From positions 232,857 through 296,856 of the forward strand of contig JAQTST010000001.1 of the NCBI GenBank assembly GCA_028711165.1: a stretch of 64,000 bases of DNA. Reading direction: 5' to 3'. Positions 8,644 through 17,729 of the stretch are shown piece by piece. The notes beneath the pieces are model-generated. The model was given only the letters and a program-made list of their open reading frames with translations. It searched no databases and was not told the DNA's origin. Positions within the stretch are counted from its first letter, which is position 1. The number at the start of each line of letters is the position of its first letter. The DNA comes from Candidatus Nanoarchaeia archaeon. GTDB taxonomy: Archaea; Nanobdellota; Nanobdellia; Pacearchaeales; GW2011-AR1. Position numbers and translations under genes: made by a program.

Positions 8644-9438
8644 TTATTCTTTTATTTCCAAAAGAGATTTATAGAAGTATTCTAAATCCGCAATAGTTTC
8701 AATCGGAGCACCAAATCTTTCAAAATATTTTCTTACAGATTGAGGATTTTGCTTCTCACTTATTTTTAGAAAAGGAATATTTTCGCTTAATTTTTCAACC
8801 AAAAAATTTCTTGTTTCTGGCGAAAGAGTTTTGATAATTCTTGAATATTCTTCTCTTTTCTCTTCTTCATTTTGATAGCCATTAGCGGTTAAAGTTCCTT
8901 TACTGTCTAAAGCTAAAGATTTCACTGCTTCTTCAATCCCCTTTGCTTTTGATTCAGATAATCTTCTTACTAATCCTTCATTTTTAGTTAACTCATTTTC
9001 TCTATCCGAAGGAGAATATTTTTTAAATCCAAAAAGATTTTTATCTTCATCTCCAAGATTATGAATATCTGTTATTATCATTGTTGTTTCTCTCTTAAAA
9101 AAATCTTCATACAACTGACAATAATTAACTGCTTGTTTCTTAAAATCTGGGAAAACTGCAATGACTGAGCCATCAGCTGTCATTAAATTTGTCCCAAGTC
9201 TTCCTGCTATCTTAAGATAATGACTTGGGGCTTCCTTTTCATCAGTAGACATACAAAATTTTTTCTTCCCGATGAAACAAAGATCATCCATTTCCCTCCC
9301 ACCATAACGCCATCCCCTAGTCCACCACGTATCAACAAGTCCCGCCTTATAATTTCCTTTCCATCCTTTCCCAAAAGAGGAAGCTACAAATTCATTGACA
9401 ATATCTACTGGATTTCCTATTTTGTCTATGATTTCCAT
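8644..9438 (-). CDS. Hypothetical protein
   Basis: 264-aa ORF with convergent arrangement to rpoL. Trp/Gly-rich N-terminus (GKGWKGNYKAGLVDTWWTRGWRYGG), no family recognised. Confidence 0.4.
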   Translation of the reverse strand: MEIIDKIGNPVDIVNEFVASSFGKGWKGNYKAGLVDTWWTRGWRYGGREMDDLCFIGKKKFCMSTDEKEAPSHYLKIAGRLGTNLMTADGSVIAVFPDFKKQAVNYCQLYEDFFKRETTMIITDIHNLGDEDKNLFGFKKYSPSDRENELTKNEGLVRRLSESKAKGIEEAVKSLALDSKGTLTANGYQNEEEKREEYSRIIKTLSPETRNFLVEKLSENIPFLKISEKQNPQSVRKYFERFGAPIETIADLEYFYKSLLEIKE

Positions 9439-9524
9439 TTTCTTCTAGATAGAATTTGCTTTTTAAAACTTCTTATTTAAAATAATATAACAATTTTTAT
9501 TAATCAATTATTTTCTTCTTATCT

Positions 9525-10262
9525 ATGGAATATGAAAAAATTGAGAAGATTTCGACGGGAAGTTTTGATTTGAATAAGTGGCTTTACGGCGGTTATGAAA
9601 AAGGAATCATCACGATGATTGCGGGAAGTCCTGGAAGCGGGAAAACTAACATGGCGATTTTGGCGGCTTGCAGTCAGGCAAAAAAAGAAAACAAAGTTAT
9701 TTTTATCGACACTGAAGGCGGTTTTTCTTCTGACAGAGTCAAGCAAATCGTCGGGGAAAATTATGAAAACATTTTGAAAAATATCCTTTTGATTTCTCCT
9801 GCAAATTTTGAAGAACAGAAAAAGTTTTTTACGACTCTGAATAATCAACTGAAAAAAGAACAAGTGAGTTTGATTGTCGTCGACGGAATGGCGATGCTTT
9901 ATCGACTGGAATTGGGAGATGCGAGAAAAGAAGGTGATGAAACAGTAAGAAATATTAACGGAGAAGTTGCCTGGCAGATGAAACTCCTTGCTGAAATTTC
10001 TAAAAAACAGAATATTCCTGTCATAATAACAAATCAGGTTTATCTCGGATATCAGTCAGAAGAAGACTGGAAAAAAGGAGTTGAACGGGAAACAAACATC
10101 GTCGGCGGGGATTTATTTCAGTATTGGAGCAAATGCATAATTGAACTGAAAAAAGAAAAAGGAAGAAGAAAAGCGATTTTGAAAAAACACAGAAGTCTGC
10201 CTGAAAAGGAAATGGGTTTTGAAATAAGAAATGAAGGAATTTTTAGAAAGGGAATATTCTAA
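9525..10262 (+). CDS. radB: RadB-like RecA-superfamily ATPase
   Basis: ISTGSFDLNKWLYGGYEKGIITMIAGSPGSGKTNMAI (Walker A); LIVVDGMAM (Walker B-like); about 245 aa without RadA N-terminal domain. Confidence 0.7.
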   Translation: MEYEKIEKISTGSFDLNKWLYGGYEKGIITMIAGSPGSGKTNMAILAACSQAKKENKVIFIDTEGGFSSDRVKQIVGENYENILKNILLISPANFEEQKKFFTTLNNQLKKEQVSLIVVDGMAMLYRLELGDARKEGDETVRNINGEVAWQMKLLAEISKKQNIPVIITNQVYLGYQSEEDWKKGVERETNIVGGDLFQYWSKCIIELKKEKGRRKAILKKHRSLPEKEMGFEIRNEGIFRKGIF

Positions 10263-10341
10263 AAATTCATACTCCATTTTGTTTTACAAAATGTCGGAGG
10301 GGATATTTAAGAAAGGTTTTTTATGAGTTATAATTCCTAAT

Positions 10342-10399
10342 TTCGCTCGTCAATCCCGCCCCCACCCAACGCGGAAACAATTTGTACTCGCGAAATTGA
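10342..10399. repeat. GC-rich miniature repeat, family A, reference copy
   Basis: tttcgctcgtcaatcccgcccccacccaacgcggaaacaatttgtactcgcgaaattg is a GC island in AT-rich intergenic DNA. Homologous copies are listed below. Confidence 0.8.
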
Positions 10400-10411
10400 A
10401 CTAAAGATAAA

Positions 10412-10582
10412 TTAATTATGATAATCTCCAATAAATTCTTGTCTGCTTCTTATTTTTGCTTCTCTTCTTAATTTGAGATAATTTTCAGTATATTCTGTTG
10501 TTTCTTCAATTTCCCCTCTTCTTAATTCTTCTTCGATTTCTTTACTGACTTCAACTTTTTCTATTTTTGTTTCTAATTCCAT
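10412..10582 (-). CDS. Possible small Glu/Lys-rich protein (56 aa), below the ORF-track length cutoff
   Basis: Minus-strand ATG...TAA ORF translating MELETKIEKVEVSKEIEEELRRGEIEETTEYTENYLKLRREAKIRSRQEFIGDYHN. It fills an otherwise empty 400-bp gap. No homology recognised. Confidence 0.2.
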   Translation of the reverse strand: MELETKIEKVEVSKEIEEELRRGEIEETTEYTENYLKLRREAKIRSRQEFIGDYHN

Positions 10583-10674
10583 AGATTATTGACGGATTTA
10601 TTCTTTATAATTATTATCTTCAAGTTGTGATACATTAATATAAAATTTATAAATCCTAGAATCGGGGTAGAAAA

Positions 10675-11325
10675 ATGATAACATTAAACCTTGAACAACT
10701 CTGCAATAATTATACTTATTTACTTGTAGATGCCTCTGCTTTCTTTCATCGCCTTTCAGAACGTGTCAATTTTGAGGATACAGAATATAAAATCGCGAGA
10801 AATAATCTTTCCAGTGAAATCCTATCTTTTTGGACAGAGAAAATACCTTCTAATCCGATTTATTCTACTATAGAGATAAAGAATGAAATAAATCACGGAG
10901 ATTATAAATATGGTAAATCTGTCAAAAGAAATTCTGGATCCAAAGACCGTATTGTCCTTGATTTGAGAAGGTCTATGAAGGAAGTAAAAGTTAATACAAA
11001 CAGATTAGTTAATACATTAGAAGAGAGAGAAAGAATCCTGGATTTAAACAACACGCAAAAACAATTATATAATTTCCTCTCTGATAAGTACAATCCTATT
11101 CTTTATAGAAATTCTAAAGGAGATTCTGATTTACTGCTCTCTGCCGGAATTTTATCCCAAAAACACCGTGTCTGCATTATTTCAAATGATTTTGGTTTGC
11201 TCAATAATTGGAAACTTTTTTTATATGAAGAAGGAATTGGGAGATTGAGATTTAATTTTTATATCCACGAAGAAAAAGACTCATTCAAGGAAGCAGTTTT
11301 TAATCTGAATTATCGCAAAAATTAA
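10675..11325 (+). CDS. Hypothetical protein, possible PIN-like nuclease fold
   Basis: N-terminal YLLVDASAFF and C-terminal DSDLLLSAGILSQKHRVCIISNDFGL resemble PIN-domain acidic residue spacing. Weak. Confidence 0.3.
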   Translation: MITLNLEQLCNNYTYLLVDASAFFHRLSERVNFEDTEYKIARNNLSSEILSFWTEKIPSNPIYSTIEIKNEINHGDYKYGKSVKRNSGSKDRIVLDLRRSMKEVKVNTNRLVNTLEERERILDLNNTQKQLYNFLSDKYNPILYRNSKGDSDLLLSAGILSQKHRVCIISNDFGLLNNWKLFLYEEGIGRLRFNFYIHEEKDSFKEAVFNLNYRKN

Positions 11326-12080
11326 CCCAACTTGTAAATTGCTGTGACATATGCAGTTACTTCTCTTTCCGACGGAGTTATTCCTGCGACTGCGGTTTTT
11401 GCACTCTCTGCTGATGTTCCTGACACTGAAGAATCATAAGCTCTGAGAGGGTAGTAATTATATGAATCCAGCGAAACAGAAACTAATCTTCCTAATCTTT
11501 TATTAAATCCCTCGGCAATTGCTTCTGCTTTTATTTTGGCATCTTCTGAAGCTGTCTGAATTGCCATAGCTTTGTATTCCTGTTCAAGTTCAGGCGAGAG
11601 CTCGAAATTGATATAGCTTATTCCAGCGCCTGCATTTGTTCCTGAATCAATGACGCTTGTTATTTTATCACTTTCCGACGCTGAGAAACTTATTTTCAAA
11701 GAATGAGTTGCCCGATATCCTGTTATCGTCGGTGTTGTTTTGTCGTAATCATATTCCGGATAAATGTTATAATTATCTGTTTTCAAATCATCGTCGCTGA
11801 AACCTAAAGCAACAATGTAACTTTTTAACTTTGTAACTATTGCTGTGTTTGCATCTTCTGCAATTTTTGACGTGCTTCCTGTTGTGTCGACGTTGAAATA
11901 AATTGAGATTAAATCAGGAGCTGCCTTTTCGACTCCCTGTCCGCTTACAGAAATTGTATTTGCCGTCGAGAAATTTGATTTATAAAAATACATTCCTGCA
12001 AGAGAAATAAATAAAACAGCAGCGACGATAATTAAAGTCATCTGAACTGACTTGTGCAGTTTCAATTTCTTTCTTGGCAT
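11322..12080 (-). CDS. SIMPL/DUF541-domain protein with N-terminal membrane anchor
   Basis: Signal-anchor MTLIIVAAVLFISLAGMYF. The body (ISVSGQGVEKAAPDLISIYFNVDTTG...RATHSLKISF...EVTAYVTAIYKL) fits the SIMPL-domain pattern. Confidence 0.5.
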   Translation of the reverse strand: MPRKKLKLHKSVQMTLIIVAAVLFISLAGMYFYKSNFSTANTISVSGQGVEKAAPDLISIYFNVDTTGSTSKIAEDANTAIVTKLKSYIVALGFSDDDLKTDNYNIYPEYDYDKTTPTITGYRATHSLKISFSASESDKITSVIDSGTNAGAGISYINFELSPELEQEYKAMAIQTASEDAKIKAEAIAEGFNKRLGRLVSVSLDSYNYYPLRAYDSSVSGTSAESAKTAVAGITPSEREVTAYVTAIYKLG

Positions 12081-12111
12081 GATTTATAGAAGAGATACGA
12101 GTTTTTAAAAG

Positions 12112-12804
12112 TTATTCAACTGAATACTCATTTTGAATCTCATAAAACTGATTAGTTTTTTCAAATCTTTTTTTTAACTGCTTAATAGAATTACCGCAAA
12201 CTCTCAATATTATTGGGTCATAAAGAGTTATTCTTATCTCATGGTTACTGCCTTCAGAATCAAAACGTATAAATGCCAAATCTTTTTTATTTATTTCTTG
12301 TTTCTTAAATATTTTTTTTATTTTTTTATCCAATTTATAAATACTAAAGCTATAACCTAATCTTTCTATTAAAATATTCTCTTCGGGGAAATCATTGAAA
12401 CATTTACTTAATGTATTCTCCCATGTTAGCATTATCGCTTCTAAAGAGGGAAGAACATTATGCTCTTCTAAGTCCATCATTTGCCTTTCTTTTGAAATAT
12501 ATTTTGACTCAATTATCCTGGACATATATCTTCCAAGACCCATTTCTTCAGCTACTTCTAATGCAATAGATAATGGAATTTTTGTTCTGTCTGTTTCTTT
12601 AAGGAATTTTTCTATTTCATATAAGTCTAATCTTTTTTCTTCATATTGTCTATGAGATTCACTTAAAGCAATTAAGTCCTGAAGTTCTTCATAAGAAATT
12701 TTTATTGAATCATCTAACTTATTTTTTGGATTAATTACTGTCGGAACATTAACCTTTTTTTCTAAACTTTTCTTATATTCTTTAAACTGCGGAGAAACAA
12801 CCAT
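12112..12804 (-). CDS. Hypothetical protein
   Basis: 230-aa ORF, no motif recognised. Confidence 0.35.
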   Translation of the reverse strand: MVVSPQFKEYKKSLEKKVNVPTVINPKNKLDDSIKISYEELQDLIALSESHRQYEEKRLDLYEIEKFLKETDRTKIPLSIALEVAEEMGLGRYMSRIIESKYISKERQMMDLEEHNVLPSLEAIMLTWENTLSKCFNDFPEENILIERLGYSFSIYKLDKKIKKIFKKQEINKKDLAFIRFDSEGSNHEIRITLYDPIILRVCGNSIKQLKKRFEKTNQFYEIQNEYSVE

Positions 12805-12870
12805 AAATCCTCTAAAAAAATTTCTCTTTTAAACTTTATGGATTACTCCTCATATAAGAAATATTCGACG

Positions 12871-15189
12871 TTATTCGGGTGTTTCATTTTCTTCCTGCTG
12901 TTTTTTCAAATTATATTCTTCGAGTCTTTTTTTATTTGATTCACATTCATTATTAAAACAGAAAATCCAGGGACGTTTTCCTTTTGATAATCTCATCAGC
13001 ATCGGGAAACCGCAGGAATCACAAATTTTGTCTGTCTTTTTTATAACGCCGTTGGGAGGAAGTGAATAAGTTTTTTTGCATTCGGGATAAGCATTGCAGG
13101 CGACAAAACTTCTTCTGGTTTTTCTCGAATACATTATTGAGAGCATTCCTTTTTTACAAATAGGACAGACATTCAGTTTGTTTGCTTCTTTTTCCTGCTC
13201 CCATTGTTTTGATTCTGCTGTAATTAATTCCCTGCCAATTTCCATTTTATTCTTTTCAAAATCTCCTGAAATTTCCCTGATTGTTTCTTTTGCCTCTTCA
13301 ATTATCCTGTTTTCTTTTTGTTCAAAATCTTTTTTTGATTCTACTATTGAATCCATTTCTTTTTCGAATTTTCTTGTAAGTTCTTCGTCGATGATAACAG
13401 GAGAATATTTTTCAAGAGTTCCTATAAGTGAAATTCCGAGAGGAGTTGCTTCAATGCTTTTTTCTTTCACGTAACCTCTGTCGTAGAGTGTTTCTAAAAT
13501 TGCTGCTCTTGTTGCTTTTGTTCCGAGGTTTCTCTTTTCAAGTTCAGAAACTATCGACGCTGGAGAATATCTTTTTGGCGGCTGGGTTTCTTTTTCTTCT
13601 GTTCTTGAATCGACTATTTTTACCTCGCCATTCATATCGGGGAGTTCTGTCTCTTTTATTTTGTAAGGATAAATTTCAAGCCACGCTTTTTTTCTTACTT
13701 CAGAACCTTTGGTATTGAATTTTAATTTATCGACTTCGGCGGTTATTGTCTTATTGTCAACTATTGCATCCTCGCAAAACAAAGATAAAAATCTTTTAAC
13801 AATCAGATTGTAAATTTTTCCTTCTTCTTCGCTTAATGTTCCGTTTTCCCCTGTGGGATAAATTGACGGGTGGGCGGGGTCGGATTTTTTTCCTTCAACT
13901 GGTTTGTCTCTTGTGATTAATTTTTCAGCCCTGAATTGTCTTGCTAACTTTTCTAAAATTTCCTTGTAGCCAATTGAATCGGGAAGTTTCTGTGATGAAG
14001 TTCTTGGGTAGGAAATCAGTCCTGCAAGATAAAGTGATTGTGCAATTTGGAGAGTTCTCGTCGGTGTTAATCCGTGAAGGCGATATGCTTCCATCTGGAG
14101 AGAAGTCAAATTAAACGGCGGATTCGGCGGAAGATATTCTTCTTTTTTTATTGTTGAAGCAATTGCAGTTTTACCAATCAAGTTTTCAAACTGCTCTAAT
14201 TCTTTTTTATCAAAAATATCTTTTATGTATTTTAGTTCAACTTTATTTTCGTCATCCTCTACTGTTATGAAAACCTGCCAGTATTTTTGAGACTTGAATT
14301 CCTGAATTTTTCTTTCTCTTTGGACAATTAAATTTAATGCCGGGCCCTGGACTCTTCCTATTGACATAATTTTGAACCTTCCTGTCTCTTTTATTGCATT
14401 CATTAATGCTCTTGACAAATTAATTCCGTAGAACCAATCAAGATAATGCCTTGTCTCTCCTGCAATCGCCTGCCCCCAGTTTATCGTCGGAGATTTAGTT
14501 TCATAAGCGGTATTCAACTCGGGTTTTGTCAGGGTAGAGAATTTCATTCTGTTCGCGTCTTTCTGATTGCAGATAAATCTGACAACATTCAATCCAATCA
14601 CTTCGCCCTCGATATCATAGTCTGTTGCAACTGTGATGCTCCCTGCGTTTTTTACCAGGCTTAATAATGTGTCGTAATATTTTTTTGTGAAGTCTGCTTT
14701 TTTAACGAAATAATTTGGCACCCATTTTATATCGAAGACAGGGTATCCTGAACCTTTTTGCAACTGCGTTAAAGTAAATAAATGTCCGACAGCACACGCG
14801 ACGACAATTTGCTTCCCGTCTTTTTTTAATTCATAATAAGGAATTCCGTGCAGGTTTTCTTTTTTCGATTTTCCAAGTGCATCAGCAATTTTCATCGCTG
14901 CCTGAGGTTTTTCTGTTATGATTAATTCGTATCCCTCTTTTTTCAGATTAACTTTTGGAGGCTCATAACTTTTTTCTTTTCCTGAATATTTTTTCACCGA
15001 CTTGCCTTTTCTTTTTACTACTTTTTTCTTTGTGGTTTTTCTTGGACTTTTTATTTTTGAGGTTACAAGTTCTACATTCAGCGGCTGTTTATACGGCTTT
15101 TCAACTGCATATTTAATGTCCCTTTCATCAACAGGAAAATAATTCTCTGCGAGTTTCTGCTCTTTTGATTTTTCCGGTTTTTTCCGCAT
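12871..15189 (-). CDS. topA: DNA topoisomerase I (type IA) with C-terminal zinc ribbons and Lys-rich N-terminal extension
   Basis: Toprim motifs LIITEKPQAA and VATDYDIEGEVIG; C-terminal CPICKKG...CNAYPECKK...CDSCGFPM zinc ribbons. No helicase domain, so not reverse gyrase. Confidence 0.8.
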   Translation of the reverse strand: MRKKPEKSKEQKLAENYFPVDERDIKYAVEKPYKQPLNVELVTSKIKSPRKTTKKKVVKRKGKSVKKYSGKEKSYEPPKVNLKKEGYELIITEKPQAAMKIADALGKSKKENLHGIPYYELKKDGKQIVVACAVGHLFTLTQLQKGSGYPVFDIKWVPNYFVKKADFTKKYYDTLLSLVKNAGSITVATDYDIEGEVIGLNVVRFICNQKDANRMKFSTLTKPELNTAYETKSPTINWGQAIAGETRHYLDWFYGINLSRALMNAIKETGRFKIMSIGRVQGPALNLIVQRERKIQEFKSQKYWQVFITVEDDENKVELKYIKDIFDKKELEQFENLIGKTAIASTIKKEEYLPPNPPFNLTSLQMEAYRLHGLTPTRTLQIAQSLYLAGLISYPRTSSQKLPDSIGYKEILEKLARQFRAEKLITRDKPVEGKKSDPAHPSIYPTGENGTLSEEEGKIYNLIVKRFLSLFCEDAIVDNKTITAEVDKLKFNTKGSEVRKKAWLEIYPYKIKETELPDMNGEVKIVDSRTEEKETQPPKRYSPASIVSELEKRNLGTKATRAAILETLYDRGYVKEKSIEATPLGISLIGTLEKYSPVIIDEELTRKFEKEMDSIVESKKDFEQKENRIIEEAKETIREISGDFEKNKMEIGRELITAESKQWEQEKEANKLNVCPICKKGMLSIMYSRKTRRSFVACNAYPECKKTYSLPPNGVIKKTDKICDSCGFPMLMRLSKGKRPWIFCFNNECESNKKRLEEYNLKKQQEENETPE

Positions 15190-15280
15190 TGTTATATCTG
15201 GAACTAACCAGTTTTTATAGTTTTTGAAATAGCCATCCCGATATAATAATACTTATAAATTTGAGTTTTGTCCGTTTGTT

Positions 15281-15631
15281 ATGTATAAAAATAAAATAAT
15301 CAGAAGCGGATTGTCCAAAGAGCAGAAAACAAAATTATCTAATTATATTTTTTATGGCGGTTTTACCTGTGATAAATACGGAAAAAATATCTATACTTTG
15401 CCTATGATAAGACGTGAACGACATTATGTTGAAGCGGGATTTTTGGGGGAGACTTATGAAGGTTATTATCTCGAACTCCGAAATATTGGAATGGAAGAAT
15501 TGAAAGAGGCTCATTCTAAACTGGAAAAAATTGCTGTTAGTTTTGATAAAAATGAAGACAAATATTATAGTATAAAAAAGATGAATACTCCTAGTGAAAT
15601 TGTTCAGAAAAAGAAAGTTAAAAAAAGATAA
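15281..15631 (+). CDS. Hypothetical protein
   Basis: 116-aa ORF, basic C-terminus. Confidence 0.3.
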   Translation: MYKNKIIRSGLSKEQKTKLSNYIFYGGFTCDKYGKNIYTLPMIRRERHYVEAGFLGETYEGYYLELRNIGMEELKEAHSKLEKIAVSFDKNEDKYYSIKKMNTPSEIVQKKKVKKR

Positions 15632-16243
15632 CTATATTTCAAATATTTTTTCTCTTCTTGAAACGTTGATTACTTTTGTTTTCCCGATATTTTCTTCCAT
15701 TCCGCCGGCTTCATGAATGTGGCTGAAAATTGCGAAGTCGGGCTGATATTTTTCTATTGCTTCTCTTATGCTTTTACTTCCTCTCCATCCTGAAAATTCT
15801 GATTTGCTTCCTGCAGGATGCATATGAGTTACAAGAATTTGTTTTCCTGTTTTTTTAATTTGGCTGTGAGCTTTTCCTATAACTTTTTTGAAAGTTTTTT
15901 CTGTCATTGGGTCGATGCCAAAATCTGCTCCACCTGCTCCAAAAATTCCGACGTTATTAAATAATAAACTATATCCATGAATATTTTTTGTGTCTGGATA
16001 CATTTCAGAAAGAAAATCTGCTGTTGCAATTCCTTCATGATTTCCGTGAATCAGCAAAACTTTTTTCTTTGCTTTTATAAAAGGACCGACGATGTTTTTT
16101 GTTGACATTTCCGCTAAAGTTAAATCTCCTGCGAGAATTACCAAGTCAACATTTTCTTTTACTGCTTTTTCTGCGAGGCGTTTTACTAATCCTGTATCTC
16201 CGTGAATGTCTCCCACAGCGAGGATTTTTGTTTTCTTATGCAT
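15632..16243 (-). CDS. Calcineurin-like metallophosphoesterase
   Basis: KILAVGDIHGD, LVILAGDLT, LLIHGNHE and VTHMHPAG metallophosphatase motifs. Confidence 0.7.
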   Translation of the reverse strand: MHKKTKILAVGDIHGDTGLVKRLAEKAVKENVDLVILAGDLTLAEMSTKNIVGPFIKAKKKVLLIHGNHEGIATADFLSEMYPDTKNIHGYSLLFNNVGIFGAGGADFGIDPMTEKTFKKVIGKAHSQIKKTGKQILVTHMHPAGSKSEFSGWRGSKSIREAIEKYQPDFAIFSHIHEAGGMEENIGKTKVINVSRREKIFEI

Positions 16244-16471
16244 AAAAAAGAGAAATAAATTATCTTAATAAATCTAATCAAATCAGGAAGATTTTCACTT
16301 AATCTTTTTGTTCTTTTTCTAATGATTATATTGGATATAGGTATAATACAAAAAGTTTAAAGTCGAAACAGGAATTTCTCATTTAAATTTTTGTAGCATT
16401 AAATATATATCACATATACCTATACTACAAAAGATTTAAAAGCAAACTACTATCTGAATATATACATTAAA

Positions 16472-16738
16472 ATGAAGGACAACTTTGATATCTTTTTCCG
16501 AAGAAAGCCTGCTCTTATGCTGGTTTCTCTGAAGAAGAATACAAGAATGAGGTATGGGAGCATCTTGGCTAAAGAAGTGGATTGCACTTACAGCCATGCT
16601 GTGAAAATTTTACAGACGCTTGAAGACCTTAAGTTAGTTGCTTTTGAAAAAAGAGGGCGAATAAAGGTGATACAACTAACAAAGAAAGGGAAAGAAGTTG
16701 CTGATGCGATAGAGAATATACAGCGGCTTATCAAATAA
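16472..16738 (+). CDS. Small winged-helix transcriptional regulator
   Basis: 88 aa; ILAKEVDCTYSHAVKILQTLEDLKLVAFEKRGRIKVIQLTKKGKEVAD fits the wHTH recognition-helix-wing pattern. Confidence 0.45.
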   Translation: MKDNFDIFFRRKPALMLVSLKKNTRMRYGSILAKEVDCTYSHAVKILQTLEDLKLVAFEKRGRIKVIQLTKKGKEVADAIENIQRLIK

Positions 16739-16822
16739 TTCTGTGATTATCGCCCCTAGAAATAATTTTTTTTATTTAGAAATATGTAAACTTTATATAT
16801 TTCTTTTTTTATTATCTTATAG

Positions 16823-17020
16823 ATGGTACTCCAGTACAAACTGAAATCTGAAACGAGGTGGAAAAAATATCCCGGGAAATCTAAATTAAAATATTCTGTC
16901 AGTAAATATGATTTTAGATTGTTAAATGAAGCAAAGACTAAAGTTCTGGTTGGGAAAACCAATTATGCAAAGGTTATGAAAAGATTCAGGCAAATTGAAT
17001 TTTTTAAACGAATGCACTAA
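16823..17020 (+). CDS. Possible small basic protein (65 aa)
   Basis: ORF in a 280-bp gap after an AT-rich TATA-like region. Lys-rich. An antisense ORF also exists, so uncertain. Confidence 0.2.
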   Translation: MVLQYKLKSETRWKKYPGKSKLKYSVSKYDFRLLNEAKTKVLVGKTNYAKVMKRFRQIEFFKRMH

Positions 17021-17301
17021 AATTTTCCCTGTTTTCTTTTTTCAAATCTCTTCCAAGCTGCTGCTGCGGATTTCGATCTTCTCTCAAGCCTTCCAAGAAT
17101 TGACTTTCTTATATCTACAGATTTGACAACCTTCTTTTTTCCGAAAAAGTTGACTACTTCATTTCCAACTTCGTTGACAACTTCTTCAGTTTTCCTGGGA
17201 GAAAAACCAGCTTCTTTTACTGCTCCCTTAATTGCTTTTTTTATTTTAGAAGGGCTGAAAGCCTGTTTTCTTTGTCCGCCTCTTTTAATGACGTGTGTCA
17301 T
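17017..17301 (-). CDS. ATP-cone domain protein
   Basis: MTHVIKRGGQRKQAFSPSKIKKAIKGAVKEAG matches the ATP-cone signature (V.KR.G..E.F...KI..AI). Start trimmed to the internal ATG of ORF 17017-17373. Confidence 0.5.
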   Translation of the reverse strand: MTHVIKRGGQRKQAFSPSKIKKAIKGAVKEAGFSPRKTEEVVNEVGNEVVNFFGKKKVVKSVDIRKSILGRLERRSKSAAAAWKRFEKRKQGKF

Positions 17302-17339
17302 ATTAAAATATATCTTAGAGAATATATAAATTTTTTGGA

Positions 17340-17572
17340 GAATGGCCCCGAAGTCAAAACGGAATTTTCTCATTCGAGTCCACTCACTCCTTCATGGCCC
17401 CGAATACTCGAGCCCCCACTCGTTGCAACTAAAATTTTTCTGGCACTCGTGAAAACTCTCTACTCCCGACCCCACTCGAAATCACAGAGACAAAATCTCA
17501 CTCGTGAAATCGCTCGGGATTTGTACCTCGATTCAAATCAACATTTAGAAATTGCAATTTTTCAATTGCAAA
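17340..17572. repeat. Composite of family-A repeat modules immediately 3' of tRNA-Lys, punctuated by three direct copies of the tRNA 3' terminus (atggccccgaa)
   Basis: atggccccgaag at 17342-17353, atggccccgaat at 17394-17405 and atggccccgaag at 17572-17583 (tRNA end). Modules between them include actcgagcccccactc, cactcgtgaaaactctc, gagtggggtcgg-type and cactcgtgaaatcgctcgggatttgtacctcg, all shared with other copies. Confidence 0.7.
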
Positions 17573-17684
17573 TGGCCCCGAAGGGATTTGAACCCTCGAC
17601 ACCCAGATTTCTCCCTTATGGTCGGAATCTTCTGTTCCACAATCTTAAGAGTCTGGTGCTCTAACCAGGCTGAGCTACGGAGCC
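17573..17684 (-). tRNA. tRNA-Lys(CTT) with 37-nt intron 3' of anticodon position 37
   Basis: Reverse complement: GGCTCCG-TA-GCTC-AGCCTGGTTA-GAGC-A-CCAGA-CTCTTA[AGATTGTGGAACAGAAGATTCCGACCATAAGGGAGAA]A-TCTGG-GTGTC-GAGGG-TTCAAAT-CCCTT-CGGGGCC-A. All stems pair. Intron is about 17609-17645. Confidence 0.8.
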
Positions 17685-17729
17685 AAAGCCTAATTAATTA
17701 TTAGAAAAAGAGATTAAAAACTTTATCTA

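Noticed and set aside
8411-8644. Possible small RNA (box C/D or other) in the 233-bp convergent gap after rpoL
   Set aside because: Looked for RUGAUGA/CUGA pairs and stable hairpins. Nothing convincing by eye, only a weak resemblance of AAGAACTTGCCATGTTCTGCGG to repeat B. Would need a covariance-model search.
13094-13718. Plus-strand ORFs (126 aa, 96 aa) inside topA, and similar antisense ORFs inside valS, cdc48, polB, ppsA, uvrA and pheS
   Set aside because: These are low-complexity antisense frames fully contained within strongly supported genes. No motifs and no room for promoters.
12871-15189. Reverse gyrase
   Set aside because: The protein has Toprim/topo IA domains and zinc ribbons but no N-terminal helicase (Walker A/B) module. 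Called topoisomerase I instead.
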